Below, piece after piece: positions 26,085 to 34,482 of a stretch of DNA of 64,000 nt (position 1 is the first letter of the stretch; every line of letters starts with the position of its first letter). The notes under the pieces are model-generated. The model worked only from the letters and a program-made list of their open reading frames with translations, had not been told where the DNA came from and made no database searches. A program made the translations under genes and the position numbers. The stretch comes from an uncultured Chloroflexia bacterium (GTDB lineage Bacteria > Chloroflexota > Anaerolineae > Caldilineales > Caldilineaceae): positions 281,731 through 345,730 of the forward strand of contig CAWKCP010000024.1 of the NCBI GenBank assembly GCA_963848115.1, read 5' to 3'.

Positions 26085-27291
26085 TCAGGCCATTGTTGCC
26101 AGCGCTGTTGCTAGCCTGGCAATGCCCTTTTCCAGGTTACGATCGTCATAGAAGGCGAAGCTCAGGCGAAGGTAATCACGGAGCGCGCCGTTGCTGGAAA
26201 AGCGGATCCCCGGCTGGAATCCCAGATTCATCTGTCGAGCTATTGGCAAGAGCCTCTCTGCATCGAGTCCATTCGCCAATTGGATCCAGAAAAAGAAGCC
26301 GCCGTCGGGGCACCGATAGGCAATCTCACCACGCAGTTGATTCTGCAGTGCTTCGTCCAAAACTATCACGCGTCGGCCATAGGTCTCTTTGAGAGATGCC
26401 AGGTAGCTCTCTTGCAGTCCCAACTCTAGAACAGCGCCTACAATGGATGATGTCAACGGATTGAGACCGCCGCCGCTGTCAACCATGCCGCAGGTGACGA
26501 ATCTCTGCACACGCTCGGTCGAACCCTGAATCCAACCGAGGCGCAGCCCTGGGGCGAGGATTTTCGAAAAGGAGCCGACTGAGAGCACATTGGCTCCGAC
26601 AACTCCGAGGTCCGTTTCCTCGGCGCCTACGTAGGCAGCGAAGGGGTGCGGCACTTGGCTGCCGGCCTTCAGCGCGGTAGTTCAGTAGATGGTAGACCTC
26701 GTCGGCGACAATCAGAAAATCGTATTCCTGGCTCAACGCAACCAATTGATCGCGTCGGTCCTGGGACAAGGTGATACCGGTGGGGTTCTGAAAGGTCGGG
26801 ATGGTGTAGACGAAGCGTGGTCGATATTCGTCCAATGTCGCGACCAGCGCATCGACGATCAGTCCATCCTCGTCGATTGGGATGCTGATGACGTTGAGAT
26901 GGTGGTCGGCAAAGATGCGCAGGGCCAGGAAGTAGGACGGCTCTTCGACAAAGATCGTGTCACCGGGTCGCGTAAAGAGGGTGCAGATTAGATCGAGTGC
27001 CTGGGATGCGCCCGCAGTCACAAACAACGTTTCGGATGAGACTGGATGATTGTATCCGCGAGTCAGGAAGGTGGCCAGTTCTCTGCGCAAGAATCCGTCA
27101 CCTTGCTCGCAGCCGTAGTTCAGCAGATCTGGATTGCCCTGACCGAGCCGGTGGGCGCTTGCGTGGCGGATGATATCAAGCGGCAGCAGATCGAAGCCGG
27201 GTTGACCGATTCCTAGGTCGACCATGCCTGGCGCGATATCAACTTGCGTTGTGCGAATTCGAGGGTGGTAGGATGATTGAACAGATGGCAT
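26085..27291 (-). pseudogene. Class I/II PLP-dependent aminotransferase, interrupted by a one-base frameshift
   Basis: The N-part (ORF 26479-27291) reads ...FVYTIPTFQNPTG...LIVADEVYHLLNY. The C-part (ORF 26085-26654) reads VPHPFAAY...SVGSFSKILAPGLRLGWI (PLP-lysine). The frames are offset by one base near 26655-26681. Confidence 0.82.
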
Positions 27292-27583
27292 ACGGGCGCA
27301 CCATGAAGGACGGCTAGATCGGATACTTTCAAAATTGCTCGTTTCCGGCGATCAGTATAGCGTCATTCCAGCCTGATGCATAAACGCACACGCAGGTTGT
27401 CAGGCGACACATTGGGCTTCGAAATTCGGTCACCTAATGCACCAACGAAAGATACCCAATCGGCGAGCAGGTGGCATCGATGTGACAGATGTTGGACAGT
27501 GTATGGTACGCATTTGTGATATCGACACGATTCTCTGGTATTATTGCTGCGCAACCGGCTAGAAATGACGAAACAAAAGAGAT

Positions 27584-27613
27584 CGTTTAGTCGTTAATCG
27601 TCTAGTCGTTAAG
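27584..27613. repeat. Tandem 15-nt direct repeat (x2)
   Basis: CGTTTAGTCGTTAAT / CGTCTAGTCGTTAAG. Confidence 0.75.
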
Positions 27614-27739
27614 TGAGTCGAATACTGAACCAGTTTGTGACCCAATCACCCATTGAGATCGTGGTACAGGGCGTGAATACCATCGCCGAATGATAGTTTG
27701 GCGAAATCAATCTTGATTGCTGAGAATCAAATGACTGCG

Positions 27740-27921
27740 CTGCAAAAGGGCTCTTCCTGACATCAGTTTGCACAAATCATGTTGTCGCCTAACGAGAAGA
27801 TTCGTGCAAATTGAAGAGTCCACTGCAAAAAGCCTTTTCTTGACATGAACGGTCGCGAATTATCACGAATTGTGTCCTCGCTCCCAGAGAGAAGATACGT
27901 GACAATTCGCGTGAATTCGTG
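27740..27921. repeat. Two tandem modules, each a conserved box followed by a hairpin
   Basis: Box 1 is CTGCAAAAGGGCTCTTCCTGACA (27740-27762), followed by the hairpin TTTGCACAAATC...GATTCGTGCAAA (27767-27810). Box 2 is CTGCAAAAAGCCTTTTCTTGACA (27823-27845), followed by the hairpin CGCGAATTATCACGAATTGTG...CGTGACAATTCGCGTGAATTCGTG (27854-27921). A related box occurs at 46063-46094. Confidence 0.7.
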
Positions 27922-28007
27922 TCTGAATCCCTTTATACAGCGGACTCATTGATGTCTGAAAACTCTTTGCCGTATTGTCACTGAATGAGCACCGAAAGGA
28001 CGCGGGA

Positions 28008-30827
28008 ATGCAGAAAAAATCGATTGTTTTGGTCGGCCTATTGGCAATGCTGGCAATGGTATTTGCCGGATGTATCCAGCCGCTGACGCCGCCGGCCGAA
28101 ACCGGCCAAGATGCAGAGGTTGGAGCCATGGATGCCGAAGAAACCGACGCCGGAGAAATGGACGCCGTAGAGACGACACTCTATGTGGGTCCAACACAGG
28201 CCGACTGCGTAGGCGAAGGACCAATGACCTGTATGCTGGTCAAGACGGAACCCGATGGCGAATACCAGCTCTTCTATAACCAGATTCAAGGCTTTGAGTA
28301 CGTGCCGGGCTACGAATATGAACTGCTGGTTAATGTGGAAGACGTGGCCAATCCGCCCGCAGGCGGGTCTTCCCTGAAGTACACGTTGATTGAAGAGGTT
28401 GGCGCCACGGAGGTTGGTCCGACCCTGGAGGGCACGCCCTGGCAGATGGTCGCACTGGCCGATGAGAATGGAGAGCCGGTCGAGACACTGCCGGACGTGG
28501 AAGTGACCGCACTCTTCGAGAATGGCAGAGTCAGCGGTACCGACGGATGCAATAACTACTCAGGCGCCTACAGCGTCGATGGTACTGACTTGACCGTTGG
28601 ACCTGAGATGATGGGCACGATGATGGCCTGTCCCGGACCGATCATGGACCAGGCTGGGGCCTACACGGCGGCTCTGATCAGCGCAGCACGTTACGCCATC
28701 GTCGACAACCAGTTGCGCATTATGAACGACACAGGCCGCACCGTCGTCACCTACGATGTGCGAGTGCCGACATCACTGACCGGCACCACCTGGAATGCCA
28801 TCGGCTACAACAATGGCAAGGAGGCCGTGGTTTCCATCGCCATCGACACTGAAATCACCGCAGTGTTTGGGGAGGATGGCACGCTCTCTGGTTCCGCGGG
28901 ATGCAACAACTATTCGGCCGGTTACGAGGCCGACGATGTAAACATCAAGATCGGCCCGGCCGCTGTCACCATGATGATGTGTGCTGAACCTGAGGGCGTC
29001 ATGGATCAGGAGACGCTCTATCTGGCAGCCCTGAGCATGGCCGAAGTCTACAGTATCGACGGTGACCGTCTCCAGTTACGCACCAGCGAGGGTTCGCTGG
29101 TGGCCGACTACCGGGCCGCAAGTGCCGATGCTGACGGCGACGATGCTGGTTCTGTTCAGCCTGAAATCGCCCAGCCGGTGGTCGGCGAAGTGCCGGCAGA
29201 CGCTGACTCCCTAACCGAGTCTCTCGCCGATATGGAGTATGAGTCTGAATATACGGCCAACCGAACTGCGCCGTTGACAGACGGCGAGTACAGTGAGGAA
29301 GCCGCCCCTGGTTCCGCCTCCAAGGTCGAAGTGACCCTGACCGACCAAGGTGCTGTCGGTGAACTGAATGGACAACCGGCTGCTGCTGTCGTGTTGGCGA
29401 CCAGTTCTGGCGGCAGCGGTACATTCTATGATCTGGCTGTTGTCATGGATGAAAACGGCGAACCCGTCAATGTAGCGACCATCAGCTTGGGCGACCGTGT
29501 TCAGGTCAACTCGGTCGCCATCGAGGATAACCAAATCGTCGTCGATATGGTCCAATCCGGCCCCAACGATCCAATGTGCTGTCCGTCTGAGCATGTGGTC
29601 AATGCCTATGCGCTGCAGGACGGTGAATTGGTCGAGGCGTCAAGCACGCTGGTCGCTGATGACGAAGCGTCCGGTGAGGAAACCAAGTCGAGCGATGCTG
29701 CTGCCGCCGATGCCGAAGCAGCATCACAACCGGCAGTCCGTGACGGCATTGTCGGCGTCGAGTGGCACTTCTTCAAGTTTGAGGGCGGTGACGACAGTCA
29801 GATCTTCGTCGATGATCCCAGCCGCTATCTGCTCCTGCTCAACCCGGATGGTACGGCCAACGTACAGGCTGACTGCAATAATGGTAGTGGCAGCTACCAG
29901 CTTGATGGAAGCTCGCTGACCATCGATATTGTGGCTGTCACACGTGCGCTCTGTCCGCCGGATTCGCTCTCCGATGACTATTTGCGCCTGCTCGGCGACG
30001 TTGTTACCTTTGTCGAGAAGGACGATGTGTTGGCGCTTAATCTCATGATGGACGCTGGAAACATGTTGTTCCAGCTCGAAGACGCAACCGTCGAGCAGGT
30101 CCATCAACCGACCGAGTTGATCCCGCAGGATGCCATCACGGTTGATCCCGGCTCGCTTGCCACTTCCTATCACTGGCAAGTCCTGCCGCCGACACCTTAT
30201 GATGCCAGTATGCCCCCGGTTCCTGTGGGCCAGCCGCCGCACGCTGTCGTGACATTTGACTACCTGCCGGCGCCTCAGGCTCTAGCGGAAGGCGGCCCTT
30301 ACATCGTTGTCTATCCCGTCAATGAATATGTGCAGTTGTGGCAGGATGCCGGCAACGACGCCATCGCTGATACAGTGGCAGGCATGCAAACCTTGCTGGA
30401 TGAACAACCAGCAAGTCCTATGCCGCCCATGCCCATCTTGCCTCTGCCGGGCGCGGTCAATGATCTCGCTGTCCAGACCCAATACATCGATTTCGTCGGT
30501 GGTAGCGGGGTGCGCTTCGTGGGCCGCCTGTCCCAAGATGCATCCCCAATTCTTCGAGACCAGACTGCCTACTACTTCCAAGGCCTGACCGATGATGGTC
30601 GGTTCTATGTCTCTATGCGCTGGCCGGTGACGACATCGGCGCTGCCATTCTCGATGGAAGAGATCGACCAGGATCAACAGCAGGCGATTGAGAGTAATAT
30701 TGAGATCTACCTGCAACAGGCGACAGAGAGTCTGAACGTGCTTGAATCATCTGACTGGACTCCAGATCTTGTGGAGTTAGACGCACTGGTCAACTCGCTT
30801 ACGGTTGAGGTGCCGGATAGTGAGTAA
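28008..30827 (+). CDS. Large lipoprotein with a DUF4377-like domain and three META (HslJ-like) domains
   Basis: Lipobox LAMVFAGC. The DUF4377-like segment is YELLVNVEDVANPPAGGSSLKYTLIEEV. The three META-like repeats are GTDGCNNYSGAY...MMACPGP, GSAGCNNYSAGY...MMMCAEP and ADCNNGSGSY...RALCPP. Two further regions are unassigned. Confidence 0.8.
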   Translation: MQKKSIVLVGLLAMLAMVFAGCIQPLTPPAETGQDAEVGAMDAEETDAGEMDAVETTLYVGPTQADCVGEGPMTCMLVKTEPDGEYQLFYNQIQGFEYVPGYEYELLVNVEDVANPPAGGSSLKYTLIEEVGATEVGPTLEGTPWQMVALADENGEPVETLPDVEVTALFENGRVSGTDGCNNYSGAYSVDGTDLTVGPEMMGTMMACPGPIMDQAGAYTAALISAARYAIVDNQLRIMNDTGRTVVTYDVRVPTSLTGTTWNAIGYNNGKEAVVSIAIDTEITAVFGEDGTLSGSAGCNNYSAGYEADDVNIKIGPAAVTMMMCAEPEGVMDQETLYLAALSMAEVYSIDGDRLQLRTSEGSLVADYRAASADADGDDAGSVQPEIAQPVVGEVPADADSLTESLADMEYESEYTANRTAPLTDGEYSEEAAPGSASKVEVTLTDQGAVGELNGQPAAAVVLATSSGGSGTFYDLAVVMDENGEPVNVATISLGDRVQVNSVAIEDNQIVVDMVQSGPNDPMCCPSEHVVNAYALQDGELVEASSTLVADDEASGEETKSSDAAAADAEAASQPAVRDGIVGVEWHFFKFEGGDDSQIFVDDPSRYLLLLNPDGTANVQADCNNGSGSYQLDGSSLTIDIVAVTRALCPPDSLSDDYLRLLGDVVTFVEKDDVLALNLMMDAGNMLFQLEDATVEQVHQPTELIPQDAITVDPGSLATSYHWQVLPPTPYDASMPPVPVGQPPHAVVTFDYLPAPQALAEGGPYIVVYPVNEYVQLWQDAGNDAIADTVAGMQTLLDEQPASPMPPMPILPLPGAVNDLAVQTQYIDFVGGSGVRFVGRLSQDASPILRDQTAYYFQGLTDDGRFYVSMRWPVTTSALPFSMEEIDQDQQQAIESNIEIYLQQATESLNVLESSDWTPDLVELDALVNSLTVEVPDSE

Positions 30828-30895
30828 GGCCAATTTCGTGCGCTGTTTTATCGTGCCATTCCATCTCATCACAGGGAGAGCTCAGGACAATTACC

Positions 30896-32422
30896 ATGAA
30901 TGTACTTACTAGACGAAAACCATACATTGCGCTGCTTGGGCTATTGACTGCCGTGGCAATTGCATTGTTGGCGACTCCAGCAATGGCCGGCGTGTTGCCG
31001 GCCGAAGTCGAGCCTGCGCCTGTCGCCCAGGAGACCGAGCCCATATTCGCGCTGCCGGGTGTGCTGCAGAAGGCCAACAACCAGCCGTTCGACACGTTCC
31101 TGGTGACCAATGACAACGCACTCTACGGGCTTGTTGGAAAGACACCGGACATCGAGGCGGAGATCACTGCCTATCGGGACCAGGGCAGGGATATCGAGGT
31201 CAAGGTCTGGGGTACGCTCTACCCCAATGGTCGTATGTCGAACAAGCCGGAGATCATTGTTTCTAACATTCAGTCTGATGTCGCTCCACCAGCCGGCGGC
31301 GCCGAAGGCTCAAATCCCGGCACGGGCACTTCGGTTGCCATTGTGCGCGTGGACGTTGCCAATGTGCGTTCGGGGCCGGGGACGGCCTACTCCGTGGTCG
31401 GCGAATTGAAGATGAACCAGGTCTGTCCCATCACCGGACGCAACAGCGACAACAGTTGGTGGCTGCTTGATTGCGCCAACGCCGTTGCCGGCTGGATATC
31501 CGACACTGTTGTGAGGACCGTCGCTGATCCGGACAGCATCCCAATCATTGCTGTGCGACCGCCGGCTGTGGTCCAACCGCCGACACCCGTCTATACAGGC
31601 TGGAAGGCGTCCTACTTCAACAACTCGACCTTGAGCGGTGCACCTGTTGTTGTTCAGGATGTTGCCGAGATCAACTTCAATTGGGGAACCGGTAGCCCGA
31701 ATCCGGCGGTGCCGTCAGACTATTTCTCGGCGCGTTACGAACGCACCATCAATTTTGCAGCCGGAAACTACCGTTTCTCTGCTACCTATGATGACGGCGT
31801 GCGCGTCTACATTGACGGCCAAGTTGTCATTGACGATTGGAACCCCGGTTCGGTGCGAACGAGAACAGCAGACAGATCGCTCTCCGGCAACCATGCGATC
31901 ACGGTCGAGTATTTCGAAGACACCGGCTTGGCTTCACTGGCGTTCTCCTGGGCGACCTATCAGAATACAACGCCGTCCCCCACACCCAGCAAGGGTGATT
32001 GGGAGGCATCGTACTTCACGAACCCCGATCTGGCCGGAGGGCCGGCTGTGGTCCAGATCGAACCGCGAACACCCTATCCGTTGGATAAGAACTGGGGGAC
32101 CGGTTCACCGATTCCAGGTGTCATTCCCAATGACAACTGGTCAGTCCGCTATCGAGCAACCTACTACTTTGATGCGGGCGACTTCACGTTCAAGGCCAAG
32201 TCTGACGATGGTGTGCGAGTCTACTTAGATGGTCATCGTGTCATCGATGCCTGGAGCGACGGATACAAGGATGTTCAGAATACCTTCAATGGTGTAGGCG
32301 CCGGCGATCATGAGATTGTGATCGAGTTCTATGAGCGCACCGGCAACGCTTCTGTGCAGGTCTACTGGTGGCGCGAAGGGTCGCAAACGTCAAACAACCC
32401 GTATGCCAATACCGAGTACTAG
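30896..32422 (+). CDS. Secreted protein with a bacterial SH3 domain and two PA14 domains
   Basis: Signal peptide. SH3b: VANVRSGPGTAYSVVGEL...WWLLDC...GWISD. Two PA14-like repeats: W(K/E)ASYF.N..L.G.P...NW/NFNWGTGSP...YDDGVRVY(I/L)DG..VID.W. Confidence 0.85.
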   Translation: MNVLTRRKPYIALLGLLTAVAIALLATPAMAGVLPAEVEPAPVAQETEPIFALPGVLQKANNQPFDTFLVTNDNALYGLVGKTPDIEAEITAYRDQGRDIEVKVWGTLYPNGRMSNKPEIIVSNIQSDVAPPAGGAEGSNPGTGTSVAIVRVDVANVRSGPGTAYSVVGELKMNQVCPITGRNSDNSWWLLDCANAVAGWISDTVVRTVADPDSIPIIAVRPPAVVQPPTPVYTGWKASYFNNSTLSGAPVVVQDVAEINFNWGTGSPNPAVPSDYFSARYERTINFAAGNYRFSATYDDGVRVYIDGQVVIDDWNPGSVRTRTADRSLSGNHAITVEYFEDTGLASLAFSWATYQNTTPSPTPSKGDWEASYFTNPDLAGGPAVVQIEPRTPYPLDKNWGTGSPIPGVIPNDNWSVRYRATYYFDAGDFTFKAKSDDGVRVYLDGHRVIDAWSDGYKDVQNTFNGVGAGDHEIVIEFYERTGNASVQVYWWREGSQTSNNPYANTEY

Positions 32423-32467
32423 ACCTCCGTCAGGAACGATCCCAATCCGGGGTCGGCAAGCATAAGG

Positions 32468-32510
32468 AAGAGAGCGGACGGCTTGTATGCTGTCCGCTCT
32501 TTCTTTCCAT
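32468..32510 (+). terminator. Intrinsic terminator after the PA14 gene
   Basis: GAGAGCGGAC...GTCCGCTCT stem followed by TTCTTTCC. Confidence 0.65.
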
Positions 32511-32725
32511 GAGCGACGCTACAGATGGAGGCGCTGTGGGAATAGCATCCCTATTCCCCCCTTTCGCATTGCGCTCCATTGGCGGGTGTGCGGTATACTC
32601 TTCAGTTAGGATTTTTGGCGGGTGAGCGTGATGGCCGGCTTACGGTCTCAGCGAACGTCCGAAATTGTGCGGATGACATGACGTGAATGATATGTTTTTG
32701 TTTCGTAGAGAAACAAGGGGGACAG

Positions 32726-33635
32726 ATGAGTAACCAACAGGGCAATAACGGTGCAGTCACAGGTACGTTTGCCGTCAAGGCGGGGATGGCCCAGATGCTG
32801 AAGGGCGGCGTCATCATGGATGTCGTGACGCCTGAACAGGCACGAATTGCCGAAGAGGCCGGTGCTTGTGCGGTGATGGCGCTGGAACGCGTGCCCGCTG
32901 ACATCCGCAGGGACGGTGGCGTGGCCCGCATGAGCGATCCGGATATGATCCAGAAGATCATCGAGTCGGTCACTATCCCGGTGATGGCAAAGGCACGGAT
33001 CGGCCATTTCGTCGAAGCACAGATCCTACAGGCCATCGGTGTGGACTACATCGATGAGAGCGAGGTGCTGACGCCGGCCGATGAAGAGCATCACATCAAC
33101 AAGCACAAGTTCACAGTGCCATTTGTCTGCGGTTGCCGCAATCTGGGCGAGGCGCTGCGTCGCATTGCCGAAGGCGCGGCCATGATTCGCACCAAAGGCG
33201 AAGCAGGCACCGGAGATGTGGTCGAGGCCGTGCGTCACGCTCGAAGCGTCCAGGGGGCCATCCGCCGCATCAGCACCATGGACGAGGACGAGCTGTTCAC
33301 CTATGCCAAGGATATTCAAGCGCCCTATGCGCTGGTCAAGGAGACGGCCGAACTGGGCCGGTTGCCCGTCGTCAACTTTGCGGCCGGGGGTGTGGCCACG
33401 CCGGCAGACGCAGCGTTGATGATGCAGTTGGGCGTAGACGGCGTCTTCGTGGGTTCGGGTATCTTCAAGAGTGGAAATCCGGTCGAGCGCGGCAAGGCCA
33501 TCGTGCAGGCCGTTACCCACTACAACGATCCCATGATGATTGGCCGAAGTAAGCATGAATTTGGGTGAACCCATGGTCGGCATCAATGTGGATTCGCTCT
33601 CTGAAGCAGAACGCCTGGCTCGTCGGGGCTGGTAG
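32726..33635 (+). CDS. pdxS: Pyridoxal 5'-phosphate synthase lyase subunit PdxS (a one-base frameshift near the 3' end; the ORF as written stops at 33568)
   Basis: [35 protein letters not shown] and [11 protein letters not shown] motifs. After ...HYNDPMMI the family-typical tail [30 protein letters not shown] continues in the next frame to TAG 33633-33635. AAGGGGGA RBS before ATG 32726. Confidence 0.93.
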
Positions 33636-33638
33636 ATG

Positions 33639-33757
33639 GAGGGGGACTGGGGAATAGGGATCTGGGATTGGGGATTGGGTTAAGATTCTGATGATGGGAA
33701 TACCACCAATTTCCTGTTCCCCAGTCCCCAATCCCTATTCCCCGTTCCCCATTCTCC
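33639..33757. repeat. Hairpin element: GGGGATT-type heptamer array and its C-rich complement
   Basis: Left array: GGGGACT GGGGAAT AGGGATC TGGGATT GGGGATT (33642-33676). Right array: TTCCCCA GTCCCCA ATCCCTA TTCCCCG TTCCCCA. GGGGAATAGGGAT pairs with ATCCCTATTCCCC. Confidence 0.8.
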
Positions 33758-33782
33758 GATCACTTTCACATCTCAAGAAATC

Positions 33783-34394
33783 ATGACACCTCATCAACCC
33801 ATGACCATCGGCGTTCTGGCTTTGCAAGGCGCATTTGCCGAGCATATCAAACTGTTTGCACAGCTTGGCGTGCAGGCAATCGAAGTGCGCAAGCCTGAGC
33901 AACTTGACGGCCTAAGCGGATTGGTGATTCCCGGCGGCGAAAGTACATCCATGGGCCTGATCGCGCAGCGCTGGGGATTGGAGAAGCCGTTGCAGGCTTG
34001 GGTGGCGGGCGGACGACCGACCTGGGGAACGTGTGCCGGGATGATCTTGTTGTCGCAGCGCGCTGTGGGCCAGAAACGCGGCGGCCAGATGCTGATTGGC
34101 GGTCTTGATGTCACCGTCAATCGCAACTACTTTGGACGCCAGGTCGATAGCTTCGAGGCGAATCTGGTCGCCCCGAAACTTGGCGACGAACCGTATCCGG
34201 TTGTCTTCATCCGTGCACCTGCCATCATTGAGTTGGGGCCGCAGGTCGAGTCGCTGGCTGCTCTGCCCGGCCATGGTGACGAGGTCGTACACGTCGCCGT
34301 TCGCCAGGGGGCCATTCTCGCCACCGCTTTCCATCCTGAGCTGACCAACGATCTTCGCTGGCACCGGCTCTTTGTGGAGATGGCGTCCATCTAA
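33783..34394 (+). CDS. pdxT: Pyridoxal 5'-phosphate synthase glutaminase subunit PdxT
   Basis: [29 protein letters not shown] (Cys nucleophile) and TAFHPELT. An alternative start is ATG 33801. Confidence 0.93.
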   Translation: MTPHQPMTIGVLALQGAFAEHIKLFAQLGVQAIEVRKPEQLDGLSGLVIPGGESTSMGLIAQRWGLEKPLQAWVAGGRPTWGTCAGMILLSQRAVGQKRGGQMLIGGLDVTVNRNYFGRQVDSFEANLVAPKLGDEPYPVVFIRAPAIIELGPQVESLAALPGHGDEVVHVAVRQGAILATAFHPELTNDLRWHRLFVEMASI

Positions 34395-34400
34395 ACGAAC

Positions 34401-34461
34401 AACATGGACAAAATCAGGAGGGGCGTGCACGAAGCACGCCCCTCCTGATTTTGTCCATGTT
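34401..34461. terminator. Perfect 28-bp palindrome between convergent genes
   Basis: AACATGGACAAAATCAGGAGGGGCGTGC-ACGAA-GCACGCCCCTCCTGATTTTGTCCATGTT. Confidence 0.75.
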
Positions 34462-34482
34462 GCCGGCTATGCGACAAGGTGA

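Noticed and set aside
27363-27554. A 63-aa ORF in the 716-bp spacer.
   Set aside because: No RBS, Cys/His/Arg-rich composition, and it overlaps decamer repeat arrays. There is insufficient evidence for coding.
27840-27868. The TTGACA inside box 2 (27840-27845) as a functional -35 element.
   Set aside because: No acceptable -10 hexamer lies 16-18 nt downstream (TCACGA or TATCAC only). The box is therefore reported as a repeat, not a promoter.
33639-33757. A CRISPR-array interpretation of the tandem heptamer/decamer arrays.
   Set aside because: The units are 7-10 nt with no unique spacers between them. The arrays occur as inverted pairs, and no cas genes are present.
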